Made by a program: the position numbers and the translations under genes
Virus record (IMG/VR): IMGVR_UViG_3300031134_000641
From: an uncultured virus (IMG/VR IMGVR_UViG_3300031134_000641)
Lineage: Duplodnaviria > Heunggongvirae > Uroviricota > Caudoviricetes
DNA length: 48,601 nt
Direction: 5' to 3' (one strand)
Shown: piece after piece, positions 18,221-26,578 of the stretch
How positions within the stretch are numbered: position 1 is the first letter of the stretch
Layout: every line of letters starts with the position of its first letter
The notes under the pieces: generated by a model
What the model saw: only the letters and a program-made list of their open reading frames with translations
Database searches by the model: none
What the model was told of the DNA's origin: nothing

Positions 18221-19024
18221 TTAGAAAATACGAGGCAAAGAGTCGGCTTCAGTAATAAGGTCTTCATCTGAGTATGTGCGTGGCTCTATTTTAGTCCATT
18301 GCCCATCATTCCAGGATAAAGCACTATCCCACGGCGAAATACTACGCCTCCACTGAAGTTTCTCTGTAAGTTCACCTGTCTCAGGGTTCTTTCTAGTGTA
18401 ATGAAGAATCTGGCAGTTGCTCATCTTGTAAGCTTCGTCATCATCCATTTCCTCCCACTGAAGAGGAGTCATTCGTTCAATGACGAACTGTGCAGTGCGA
18501 ATCATCTCCCCATGAACAACCGCAATGACTTTGCCGTGTCCTGACTGTCTGTGTAGGGTGTCAAGGATATCCTCAAAGCGAAGTCTGACACCAGCTGCTA
18601 ATGATTCGCCGCCTGTAGGGCACCAATACCATTCACTTAGAGCGCGTGAAGCCAGGTTTCTTTTGTAGAAAGTGTCACGCTCTTTGATGGTTGCCGTTCC
18701 GAACTCGCCCCAGTCGCGTTCACGCCAACGGTCATCACGAATCCAATTACCTCCAAGACGTAGGTGCCCTGCTGTCTCTAGCGTACGAAGATGTGGAGAA
18801 ACATAATAATCGGAGAACTCTGCTAGCTCGTGCTCTCTGAGCCATTCTCCTGCTTTCTCTGCCTGCTGCACGCCTTTCTCCGTTAGACGCATGCGAGAGT
18901 CATGTCTACTAGAAAAGTTTGTGGGGAACTCGTAGTTCTCGGTATCAAGTTTGTTCTGCTTCTGAACGATGTTAGCTTCTGACTCACCATGGCGGACAAG
19001 CACTAGATCAATTGGCATTACCAT
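18221..19024 (-). CDS. Histidine phosphatase / phosphoglycerate mutase family
   Basis: LVRHGES, SPHLRT, RERDWG, GGES, VVHG. Start at ATG 19024 with a GAGGAG SD. Confidence 0.92.
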   Translation of the reverse strand: MVMPIDLVLVRHGESEANIVQKQNKLDTENYEFPTNFSSRHDSRMRLTEKGVQQAEKAGEWLREHELAEFSDYYVSPHLRTLETAGHLRLGGNWIRDDRWRERDWGEFGTATIKERDTFYKRNLASRALSEWYWCPTGGESLAAGVRLRFEDILDTLHRQSGHGKVIAVVHGEMIRTAQFVIERMTPLQWEEMDDDEAYKMSNCQILHYTRKNPETGELTEKLQWRRSISPWDSALSWNDGQWTKIEPRTYSDEDLITEADSLPRIF

Positions 19025-19151
19025 ATTGTCTCCTCTTTGTTTGCTTTCTTTATCTGTATACCTCAACTATAGCACTTATATGCGCGAATACCTAAAAAGA
19101 TTACCGATAGTAGTCAGGTAACCTACGACCACTTATTATGGAGAGCACAAT

Positions 19152-19613
19152 ATGTTGAGAAAAAAGCTAGCAGTAAGTCTTACAGTTGGAGCAAGCATGG
19201 CAATGCTTCTTGCTGGTTGCGCATCAGCTGAAACACAGCCTGAGAGGACAATCTCTAGTAAGCCAACGCAGTCTTCTACTCCTTCGGCTGAAGCGTCCTC
19301 TTCTCCATCGCCAACAACCAATGCTAAAGCTCAAGAGTTTGCCACTAAGACAGTAAACCTTGTGTGCGGTTTGACAGAAAAAGATGCTATCTCAGCTGAG
19401 GATGTACAACAGTTCCGCGATTTCTCTGCCGAAATTAGAACAGGCGCTGCCGAGTTCGGTGGGCAGGAGATAGCCAACCAAACAGCAGATAGTATCAACA
19501 GCTACGCTGATACATTAGCAACTATTGTTGACCAACCTTTGAATGCTGAAGCTAAAGCAAGCCTAGTAGAAACATGTGAATCAGCTCAACAGGAGTTTGG
19601 ACCTACCGAGTAA
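19152..19613 (+). CDS. Lipoprotein of unknown function
   Basis: Lipobox LLAGC, S/P/T-rich linker, two Cys in the mature domain. Confidence 0.8.
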   Translation: MLRKKLAVSLTVGASMAMLLAGCASAETQPERTISSKPTQSSTPSAEASSSPSPTTNAKAQEFATKTVNLVCGLTEKDAISAEDVQQFRDFSAEIRTGAAEFGGQEIANQTADSINSYADTLATIVDQPLNAEAKASLVETCESAQQEFGPTE

Positions 19614-19625
19614 TTTTTGTTCTGT

Positions 19626-19672
19626 AAAAGCTTTGTTTGAGTACTAGTATAATGTACTCAAACAAAGCTTTT
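19626..19672. terminator. 19-bp-arm hairpin with T-tract; TATAAT in the loop
   Basis: aaaagctttgtttgagtac-tagtataat-gtactcaaacaaagctttt. Confidence 0.7.
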
Positions 19673-19713
19673 TTCATTTCTTCAAAATTTTTAGAAAAAG
19701 TTTGAAGAAAAAC

Positions 19714-19743
19714 TTGCACTAAGCTTATGTTGTGTGTTATAGT
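19714..19743 (+). promoter_or_regulatory. SigA-type promoter of the large ncRNA
   Basis: TTGCAC-N18-TATAGT with TGn extension. Confidence 0.65.
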
Positions 19744-19749
19744 TGTCTT

Positions 19750-20715
19750 ACAGGCAAGCGGAACAGCTTGCCAAGGAATTTTTAAAACTAAACAGCGCTT
19801 AGGGATCGGAAAGAGTCCTCACGTTAACCGTAAAGGTGTCATGAAAACGAAGTAGTGATGTGAGAACAGAGTACCGGTCGCAGGTAATGAAATGAACTTA
19901 CGGTTCATTGATTGCTCTCATTGAGAACAGGTCACAAAGGTTTTTAACTCAAAACCATTACCCATAAAGCTTCTTGGTTTATGTTCGGAGTAATTACCAA
20001 CATATTGGATGCGAGCGACGGCTCGTTCACCAGAAAATTGAATGCCTCTTTATCATAGGGGTCCGGTAGCTTCGGATGAATGTAGCTCAATGCTGCTTCA
20101 TCTGATGAGCCAGACCCCGAAAAATTGAGAATTTCGGTTACCAAGATTAGACAAGGGGAAGCGACGGCCAACCCGAGAGTGTCACCTAAGAATCCTTGCT
20201 GACCAGCTTGGGGGATAAGGTACATGAATTAGTTCGTTGAACTGAGCTTAACGCCTGCTCTCTCCACAGGGCTACCGCTTAAAGGGAGAATAGATAACAG
20301 CTGAGGTGCCTCCTCAGGGTTTAGCTACACGTGATGGTGGATTTATGGTGCGGAGCAGCCGAAAGCTTCGTTCAAGGGAAGAAAATCTCTTGCACTCGCA
20401 ATTTTTAAATGGCACAACGAAGTGTCCTAGACTTCCGGGGGTAGCTCCTCTGGAACTAGCAGTGGCTGAACAACTACTCGTCGGAGGGTTGTAAAGCACA
20501 TGCATAGTTAACGCTAATGCAACAACAGGGACCAAACTGGTTGAGTGTTGCAAGTAGTAGCTGGTATCGCCAGCAAGTTAACTAGGGTGGCCCCAATGCA
20601 TGGTCTGGTGTTAATACGTCAACTTTAATCAGTCAACGTCTGGCACACTGGTAAAGGTAATCAATCCTTTCTGCACTAAACTTATGAAAACCCTCAGCAT
20701 TTGCTGGGGGTTTTC
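19750..20715 (+). ncRNA. Large structured non-coding RNA (~0.96 kb), possibly GOLLD/ROOL class or new
   Basis: No credible ORF; own promoter and terminator; many hairpins (19753-19772, 19891-19909, 20058-20118, 20301-20317, 20427-20459, 20560-20574, 20653-20670). Family not verified. Confidence 0.75.
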
Positions 20716-20720
20716 TTTTT
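20686..20720 (+). terminator. Intrinsic terminator of the ncRNA
   Basis: gaaaaccctcagca-tt-tgctgggggttttc followed by ttttt. Confidence 0.85.
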
Positions 20721-20850
20721 GCCTGCAATAAACGTGCACTAAGTGCATATTTTGGCCGATATGTACACGGTACGTAAAACAGACAAAGAAACTTCAACTG
20801 TGGCAAAGGAGCTTTTATGGAGCTTCTACACCAACTAACTTGAAGGAAAA

Positions 20851-22491
20851 ATGACTGACACTACAATAAAGCCAGCTAAATCTGCTGAGCCTTCTTTTGA
20901 TATATTCTACAACCATCGCAAGCAGCTTTTTGCTATACTCGCAGCACTAATGACTGTTATGCTGCTTTCTGCGCTAGACCAGATGATTTTCTCTACCGCA
21001 CTCCCCACAATAGTTGGTGAGCTTGATGGTGTAGACCACATGCTTTGGGTTACAACAGCGTATATCCTTGCTGCAACAATAGTCATGCCTCTCTACGGTA
21101 AAGTAAGCGACTTAATCGGACGAAAAACTTTACTTTTAATGGGTATAGCTATTTTCATGGTCGGCTCAATAGTCGGTGGTCTTGCTCAAGATATGACCTT
21201 GCTTATTGTGGGTAGAGCAATCCAAGGAATCGGTGGCGGTGGCCTTATGATTCTATCCCAGGCAGTGATTGCAGATGTTATACCTCTACGTCAACGAGGT
21301 AAATACATGGGACTCATTGGCGCTGTGTTTGCTCTGTCCAGCGTGCTAGGTCCTATACTTGGTGGCTGGTTTACAGAAGGAATTGGATGGCGTTGGGCGT
21401 TCTGGCTCAACATACCTTTGGGTGTAATAGCTTTGGTCGTTGCTGCAATTTGGTTGAAAACCCCGCACACTTCCTCCAAAAACAAGTTTGACATACTCGG
21501 CACGATTACAATGGCTGTCAGTGTAAGCTCTCTCGTCTTGTTCACATCCTGGGGTGGAACCGAATATGACTGGAATTCAACAATCATATTGAGTCTAATT
21601 GCCGTCTTCGTAGTATTCACTGGCCTGTTCATTATTGCTGAGCTAAAAGCTTCAGACCCCATCATTCCCCTACGCCTATTTAAGGATAGAAACTTTAGTC
21701 TAGCTGCCGGTGCTGGGTTGCTTGTTGGAATTGGCATGTTCGGTGCTTTAGCTTACTTGCCAACATATCTACAAATGGTCTACAGCCTAGGGGCAACCAA
21801 TTCAGGTCTCCTTCTTTTGCCTATGATGGCAGGGTTGATGTTTGCCTCTGTTGTCTCAGGCCAGATTGTCTCTAGGACAGGTAACTACAAATGGTTACCT
21901 GTGGTTGGCTTTGTCCTTATTGGCTTTGCGCTGTTCTGTTTCTCAACAATGCAGGTAGATACTCCTCTGTGGCAGACAAGCCTGTATATGGTAGTGATGG
22001 GGCTAGGTATAGGTTCTGCTATGCAAATTCTTGTACTTATCATTCAAAACTCAGTTTCTCATGACGAAGTCGGTACAGCTACAGCAACTAACAACTTCTT
22101 CCGTGAAATAGGTGCTTCGCTAGGAGGAGCTTTCGTTGGTGGTTTGTTCTCACACAAACTAGGAGAACTCTTGAGAGAGAATCTTCCTACTAACGCTGTT
22201 CCTGGTGGTGACACAAATGCTTTGACACCAGATGTAGTTAGTGGACTTCCAGACCAGATCCATGATATAATTATTGCAGCTTACAACAGTGCTTTGACCC
22301 CTGTATTTGCGTATATGATTCCTGTATTCGTAGTTGGTGTCGTAGCCCTGATTTTCGTGAAACAGAAAAATATATCTGGTGACAAACAAGAGTTAGCTGA
22401 CGAAAATAGTACTTCTTCAACTGATATTGTATTCTCACGCGCGGAACGTAGGCTCAATAAAAAAGAGCTTAAAACTGTCAAAAGCCTGTAA
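20851..22491 (+). CDS. MFS drug:H+ antiporter, DHA2 (EmrB/QacA) family
   Basis: ~14 TM; LDQMIFSTALP, motif A GKVSDLIGRK, GRAIQGIGGG, GPILGG, GWRWAFWLNIPLG. Confidence 0.95.
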   Translation: MTDTTIKPAKSAEPSFDIFYNHRKQLFAILAALMTVMLLSALDQMIFSTALPTIVGELDGVDHMLWVTTAYILAATIVMPLYGKVSDLIGRKTLLLMGIAIFMVGSIVGGLAQDMTLLIVGRAIQGIGGGGLMILSQAVIADVIPLRQRGKYMGLIGAVFALSSVLGPILGGWFTEGIGWRWAFWLNIPLGVIALVVAAIWLKTPHTSSKNKFDILGTITMAVSVSSLVLFTSWGGTEYDWNSTIILSLIAVFVVFTGLFIIAELKASDPIIPLRLFKDRNFSLAAGAGLLVGIGMFGALAYLPTYLQMVYSLGATNSGLLLLPMMAGLMFASVVSGQIVSRTGNYKWLPVVGFVLIGFALFCFSTMQVDTPLWQTSLYMVVMGLGIGSAMQILVLIIQNSVSHDEVGTATATNNFFREIGASLGGAFVGGLFSHKLGELLRENLPTNAVPGGDTNALTPDVVSGLPDQIHDIIIAAYNSALTPVFAYMIPVFVVGVVALIFVKQKNISGDKQELADENSTSSTDIVFSRAERRLNKKELKTVKSL

Positions 22492-22549
22492 TAAACTGCA
22501 ATAAACCGATAGTTTATGTTCTACCGCCCTCTACCTTAAAGTTAGAAGT

Positions 22550-23284
22550 ATGCCTTACACTAAATCATCCTTAAGAAAAAATGTAATTGTCGCATCTGCC
22601 TTAGTAGCTGTTATCTCCTACGGGGCAACTAGCACCGCTGTTGCTAACCCTACAGTAACTCCTTACGATTCAGGCGTTGGTTTTCCTCAAACTGAGTCAC
22701 TATACCTTCCAGTAGCAAACACACAGACTCTAGTTGTTTCTTCTGATGTTCAGTCTCCTGATGTTAGCCGAGATGGTTTCTCTGCTACAGACCCTCAGGT
22801 TCTTGCTGCTATTAAGGCTGAAGAAGAACGCGTGGCCGCTGAGAAAGCTGCCGCTGAAGCAGCTGCTCTTAAAGCCGCTGAAGACGCCAAAGCAGCTGCG
22901 GAAGCTGCCGCAAAGCTGAAGTCTAACTCCAAGAGCGGTAGCTCTAGCTCTGTAGCTCCTGCTCCTTCTTTCACACCCGATCCAGGTAGTGCACAGGCAT
23001 ATGCTCAGACAGCTGTTGCAGCTAGAGGCTGGTCAACGGCAGATTACAACTGCCTTGTGTCGCTGTGGAACAAAGAGTCAGGTTGGAGAGCCAACGCTAA
23101 CAACCCTTCTTCTGGCGCTTATGGTATTCCTCAGGCCCTTCCTGGCTCAAAGATGGCATCAGCTGGTGCTGACTGGCAAACTAACGCCAACACTCAGATT
23201 GAGTGGGGCTTAGGATACATTGCTGGCCGTTACGGCACCCCTTGCGGTGCTTGGGGTCACTCTGTTTCAAATAATTGGTACTGA
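22550..23284 (+). CDS. Secreted lytic transglycosylase-like protein (actinobacterial type)
   Basis: Signal/TM, Ala/Glu/Lys coil, LWNKESGW, GAYGIPQALPGSKM, YIAGRYGTPC. Confidence 0.9.
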   Translation: MPYTKSSLRKNVIVASALVAVISYGATSTAVANPTVTPYDSGVGFPQTESLYLPVANTQTLVVSSDVQSPDVSRDGFSATDPQVLAAIKAEEERVAAEKAAAEAAALKAAEDAKAAAEAAAKLKSNSKSGSSSSVAPAPSFTPDPGSAQAYAQTAVAARGWSTADYNCLVSLWNKESGWRANANNPSSGAYGIPQALPGSKMASAGADWQTNANTQIEWGLGYIAGRYGTPCGAWGHSVSNNWY

Positions 23285-23301
23285 TTCTGTCAAAAAGCTT
23301 G

Positions 23302-23324
23302 CTAATACTCACAATGAGTGTTAG
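23302..23324. promoter_or_regulatory. Putative NrtR operator 1, overlapping a SigA-type promoter
   Basis: Palindrome ctaatactcacaatgagtgttag (CT-N7-AG core), within TTGCTA(23299)-N17-TAGTAT(23322). Confidence 0.7.
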
Positions 23325-23368
23325 TATAGTAGTAACAAGACAAACACAGACAGATTGAAGGAACCAAA

Positions 23369-23839
23369 ATGGTTTTAACAGATGAATACGTCGCAATGCT
23401 AGCTGTAGAAGGTAACGGCGCAGTTCAGGCCGAACTGCCTGAAGGCAAGCCTTTGTTCACAGTGCTAGCTGGACCCATCAAGTATTGGTGGGGAAGAATG
23501 GACACTGATGAGTTCAAGGAGTACACAACATGGCGTGAAGCTGTGCGAGTTGCGCTCATCAAGCAAGGCCATCTGGTTTATTCACCTCACCGAGCTTGGA
23601 ATGGTGCATGGCACGAATCAGCCCAGCTAGTCAATGACATGGCAATCATGCAGGCAGACGCGCTCATCGTAGTTACTCCTGAGGGAATTCCTGCTGAAGG
23701 AACAGACGCAGAGATTGAAGTGGCGAAAGCTCACAATCGTCCAATCATCATGGCACCTCCTGGAGGACGAGAGGCAATTCAGAAGTTGGTGGACGCAATT
23801 CGTGATCTGCACGAAACTACAGAAGAAGCCGCAGCTTAA
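23369..23839 (+). CDS. Nucleoside 2-deoxyribosyltransferase-like (NDT-fold) protein
   Basis: LAGPI, VYSPH, DMAIMQADALIVV, GTDAEIEVA-x3-RPI pattern. Confidence 0.65.
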   Translation: MVLTDEYVAMLAVEGNGAVQAELPEGKPLFTVLAGPIKYWWGRMDTDEFKEYTTWREAVRVALIKQGHLVYSPHRAWNGAWHESAQLVNDMAIMQADALIVVTPEGIPAEGTDAEIEVAKAHNRPIIMAPPGGREAIQKLVDAIRDLHETTEEAAA

Positions 23840-23848
23840 CAGCGAAAC

Positions 23849-23889
23849 AAAGGTGGGATAGCATGCTACAAATGCTATCCCACCTTTTT
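23849..23889 (+). terminator. Intrinsic terminator
   Basis: aaaggtgggatagcat-N7-atgctatcccaccttt followed by tt. Confidence 0.8.
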
Positions 23890-23953
23890 GCGTTTGGGAA
23901 TATAAATCCTTTGCTCGTGGTTATCTCGACTCCGAAAAGAAAAAGAGGATAAA

Positions 23954-24259
23954 ATGACAGTAATCAATATCAACTCTGTAGAAGAACTACAAAAAGCAGT
24001 TGCAGATAACCCCACCTTACTTGTAGACTTTTGGGCAACCTGGTGTGGTCCATGTAGAGTGATGGGGCCAATCCTAGACAAAGTTTCCGAAGAGAAAAAT
24101 GTAGTAATTGCTAAAGTAGATGTTGACAGCAACCCAGAGCTTTCGCAGATGTTTAACGTCATGAGCATTCCAACATTGTATTCATTTAAAGACGGTGAAC
24201 CAGCTGGAAAAGTCATTGGTGCAGTACCCAAAAAAGTTGTGGAAGATCTAGTTAAATAA
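23954..24259 (+). CDS. trxA: Thioredoxin
   Basis: DFWATWCGPC; SIPT. Confidence 0.96.
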   Translation: MTVININSVEELQKAVADNPTLLVDFWATWCGPCRVMGPILDKVSEEKNVVIAKVDVDSNPELSQMFNVMSIPTLYSFKDGEPAGKVIGAVPKKVVEDLVK

Positions 24260-24328
24260 CTTGACTTTTTTTATTAGCATCTGCTAAAATAATTGTATTC
24301 TTAACCGTACAATTTAGAAGGTGCAAAT

Positions 24329-24580
24329 ATGTCAAAGTCCCGTCGTAAGTTCCTCTGCCTAGACTGCCGTATTGACACAGGAAAAATCCGTGAGCACTAC
24401 ATGCTAGTAGACAAAACATGGTTTGAGGTTCACACTTCCAACGTAGGCATGATGTGCATCGGATGTGTAGAAAACCGACTCGGTAGGACACTGGTCTCCT
24501 CTGACTTCAACGACAGCCACGTGAACAACCCTCGGTTATACGAAATGTCAGGGCGACTCCTCAGCAGGATTAAGTCATAA
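24329..24580 (+). CDS. Small Cys4 zinc-binding hypothetical protein
   Basis: CLDC...CIGCVENRLGR; own promoter TTGACT(24261)-N18-TAAAAT. Confidence 0.75.
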   Translation: MSKSRRKFLCLDCRIDTGKIREHYMLVDKTWFEVHTSNVGMMCIGCVENRLGRTLVSSDFNDSHVNNPRLYEMSGRLLSRIKS

Positions 24581-24635
24581 AACAAAAAGGTAAGGCCCTC
24601 ACAACATACTGTTGTGAGGGCCTTACCTTTTTGTT
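24581..24635. terminator. 26-bp-arm bidirectional terminator
   Basis: aacaaaaaggtaaggccctcacaaca-tac-tgttgtgagggccttacctttttgtt between convergent genes. Confidence 0.85.
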
Positions 24636-24638
24636 ACA

Positions 24639-25409
24639 CTAGCTCTTAAGGGAAGTTCTCAGGATAGCAGGGTGGAGCATTGACAAGTTACCTGACTCGT
24701 ACAGGTCAGCTGTTCGGCCTGTATCAAACTTGGACTCACCTTTAGTACCCACCGGAACTACGAAACCAGTTGTTGAAAGCACTTTGCGGCGGAAGTTAGC
24801 AGCATGTAGGCTCTCTCCCCAAACTGCTTCGTAGACACGGCGCAGATCAGAAAGAGTGAACTGCTCCTCAAGGAACACAGCGGCAAGAGGAGTGTACTCC
24901 AGCTTAGAAGCTGCTCGCTCTAGAGCATCCCTAATGATAAGCTCGTGGTCAAAGGCCAGGTTGATGTTCTCTTCATCATCAAAAAGGTCTTCAATAGCGA
25001 AGAAGTGAGCCTCAGCAGCATCATCTCCACCAACAGGAGTGGGGAGGTCTGGGATGAAAGCGATGTAGGCAGTTGAAATGATACGCATACGTGGGTCACG
25101 GCCAGGAGTAGAGTATGTCTTCAGCTGCTCAATGTAAACCTTGTCAATGGAGATACCTGTCTCCTCCACAAGCTCACGGACAGCGCCTTCATCAGCTGAC
25201 TCATCATGGTTGACAAAGCCTCCAGGAAGTGCCCAGTGATCCTTGTAGGGGAACCCACCACGCTTGATAAGCAAGACAGCTAGTTTACCATTACGGATGG
25301 TGAGAACTACGGTGTCGGCGGTGTAGCCAACTCCAGGACCGTACTTTGTAGGGTTGTAATTGGCAAGGAACTCAGCTTCCTCGGGTGAACTGGGAATGTA
25401 GTCAGACAA
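24639..25409 (-). CDS. nrtR: NrtR-family Nudix plus winged-HTH regulator
   Basis: WALPGGF, Nudix box AVRELVEETG, RDPRMR, LAFDH, FTLSDLRRVYE, NFRRK. Confidence 0.88.
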   Translation of the reverse strand: MSDYIPSSPEEAEFLANYNPTKYGPGVGYTADTVVLTIRNGKLAVLLIKRGGFPYKDHWALPGGFVNHDESADEGAVRELVEETGISIDKVYIEQLKTYSTPGRDPRMRIISTAYIAFIPDLPTPVGGDDAAEAHFFAIEDLFDDEENINLAFDHELIIRDALERAASKLEYTPLAAVFLEEQFTLSDLRRVYEAVWGESLHAANFRRKVLSTTGFVVPVGTKGESKFDTGRTADLYESGNLSMLHPAILRTSLKS

Positions 25410-25974
25410 TTGTTGCTCCTTCGTTTGTTAGTTCGTTTAGTGCGGCAGCACTGCGGTCGGGGTTGACTCCAGCGATAAATTTCTTCAGTACGTTTACCTT
25501 GAACCCTGCGGCGAGAGCATCTAACGCAGTTGCGCGAACACAGTGGTCAGTTGCGAGACCAACAATGTCTAGCTCGTCTACACCAGCTTCTTTAAGGAAG
25601 TCAGCTAGAAGCTCAGCGGTCTCTACTGTTTTGCCTTCAAAGCCGGAGTAAGCTGCTTCCCACTCGCCTTTGTGAACAATTGTAAGGTTAGGGAGGGTAT
25701 CTAGGACGCGCTGAAGGGTTTCGTGAATTTCGGAACCGTGGGTGTCTGCGGCGCAGTGCACAGGCCAGGTGTCAGCGTAATCAGGGGTCTCGCTCCAGTG
25801 ATGACCGGGCTTGATGTGCCAGTCTTGCGTTGCAACAATGTGCGAGTAGTCGCTTTTGAGGGCTTGAACATAGTATGCCAGGTCTCGGGCTACATTCTTG
25901 CCTCCAGTGACGGCAAGACTTCCGCCTTCAATGAAGTCATTCTGAACGTCAACTAGAATAAGTGCTTTAGTCAT
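25402..25974 (-). CDS. pncA: Nicotinamidase/pyrazinamidase
   Basis: VDVQNDF, GGSL, QDWH, WPVHC, AYSGF, GLATDHCVRATA. Confidence 0.93.
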   Translation of the reverse strand: MTKALILVDVQNDFIEGGSLAVTGGKNVARDLAYYVQALKSDYSHIVATQDWHIKPGHHWSETPDYADTWPVHCAADTHGSEIHETLQRVLDTLPNLTIVHKGEWEAAYSGFEGKTVETAELLADFLKEAGVDELDIVGLATDHCVRATALDALAAGFKVNVLKKFIAGVNPDRSAAALNELTNEGATIV

Positions 25975-25992
25975 TTCTACTCCTTGCTTTCT

Positions 25993-26013
25993 TAATTCTC
26001 ATTATGAGTATTA
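25993..26013. promoter_or_regulatory. Putative NrtR operator 2, upstream of pncA-nrtR
   Basis: Palindrome taattctcattatgagtatta (CT-N7-AG core), abutting the minus-strand -10 TATACT (26018-26013). Confidence 0.75.
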
Positions 26014-26086
26014 GTATAGCATACTTATCGGCTTTGAACAACAAAACGTGCAAAAAGAAAGGATTTAAAGAAAACATCAAAATTCT

Positions 26087-26115
26087 TTGACAACAACCGA
26101 TATTAGTGCTATAAT
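26087..26115 (+). promoter_or_regulatory. Consensus SigA promoter of tmRNA
   Basis: TTGACA-N17-TATAAT with TGn extension; CCGATA lies in the spacer. Confidence 0.85.
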
Positions 26116-26132
26116 TAAACAGTAACAAAAAT

Positions 26133-26488
26133 GGGAATGACCGGTTTCGACTGGCAGACGCGATTTATAGAAGCATGCAGAGACACGCTAGATAATCTCT
26201 CCAAAAAGTTTTAGCAAAAACAGACGCAAAACAGTCTAACTTCGCACTCGCTGCTTAAGCAGTGCGGGAAGTGCATGAAGCAGTTACACCTTCATGAAAC
26301 GCTTCCTCAAAAAGTGTAACTTACTTATTCACAGGTTTCCATGTGGACTAGGAAATTTTAGGAAACAAAGAATGTGTTCTGATGGGATGCACAAAGCAGA
26401 ACATTCTAAAACGACACCGCATCTAAGCATGTAGAAGGATAAAACAAAACCTGTTAGGACGGGGGTTCGATTCCCCCCATTTCCACCA
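26133..26488 (+). ncRNA. ssrA: tmRNA
   Basis: Acceptor GGGAATG/CATTTCC-ACCA with G3-U wobble; GGTTTCGAC; T-arm GGGGGTTCGATTCCCCC; tag frame ...AKQSNFALAA* at 26226-26258. Confidence 0.96.
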
Positions 26489-26490
26489 CA

Positions 26491-26531
26491 AACTGCCGTG
26501 AGATACACATTGCATGTATCTCACGGCAGTT
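26491..26531 (+). terminator. Hairpin after tmRNA
   Basis: aactgccgtgagataca-N7-tgtatctcacggcagtt. Confidence 0.7.
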
Positions 26532-26578
26532 CTTATGTATGAGAACAACCATCAAATAACTCTTGAAAGAAGAACAAC

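Noticed and set aside
20058..20127. Hammerhead-like core CTGATGAG...CGAAA inside the large ncRNA
   Set aside because: Stem II cannot form (ccagaccc), there is no NUH before the would-be stem I, and the bases are better explained by the long hairpin 20058-20118.
19944..20553. Short ORFs 19944-20225(-), 20306-20494(+) and 20314-20553(-)
   Set aside because: No recognisable SD or protein motifs, and they lie inside a structured, separately promoted and terminated RNA.
22540..23330. GTTAG at 22540 and 23320 as further members of the GTTAG promoter class
   Set aside because: Neither has AT at the required +3/+4 positions; 23320 is part of the NrtR-like palindrome.
24329..24580. Cys-rich small protein as another tagged effector
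   Set aside because: It has a CxxC...CxxC pattern rather than C-x5-7-C-x2-H, and a SigA-type promoter.
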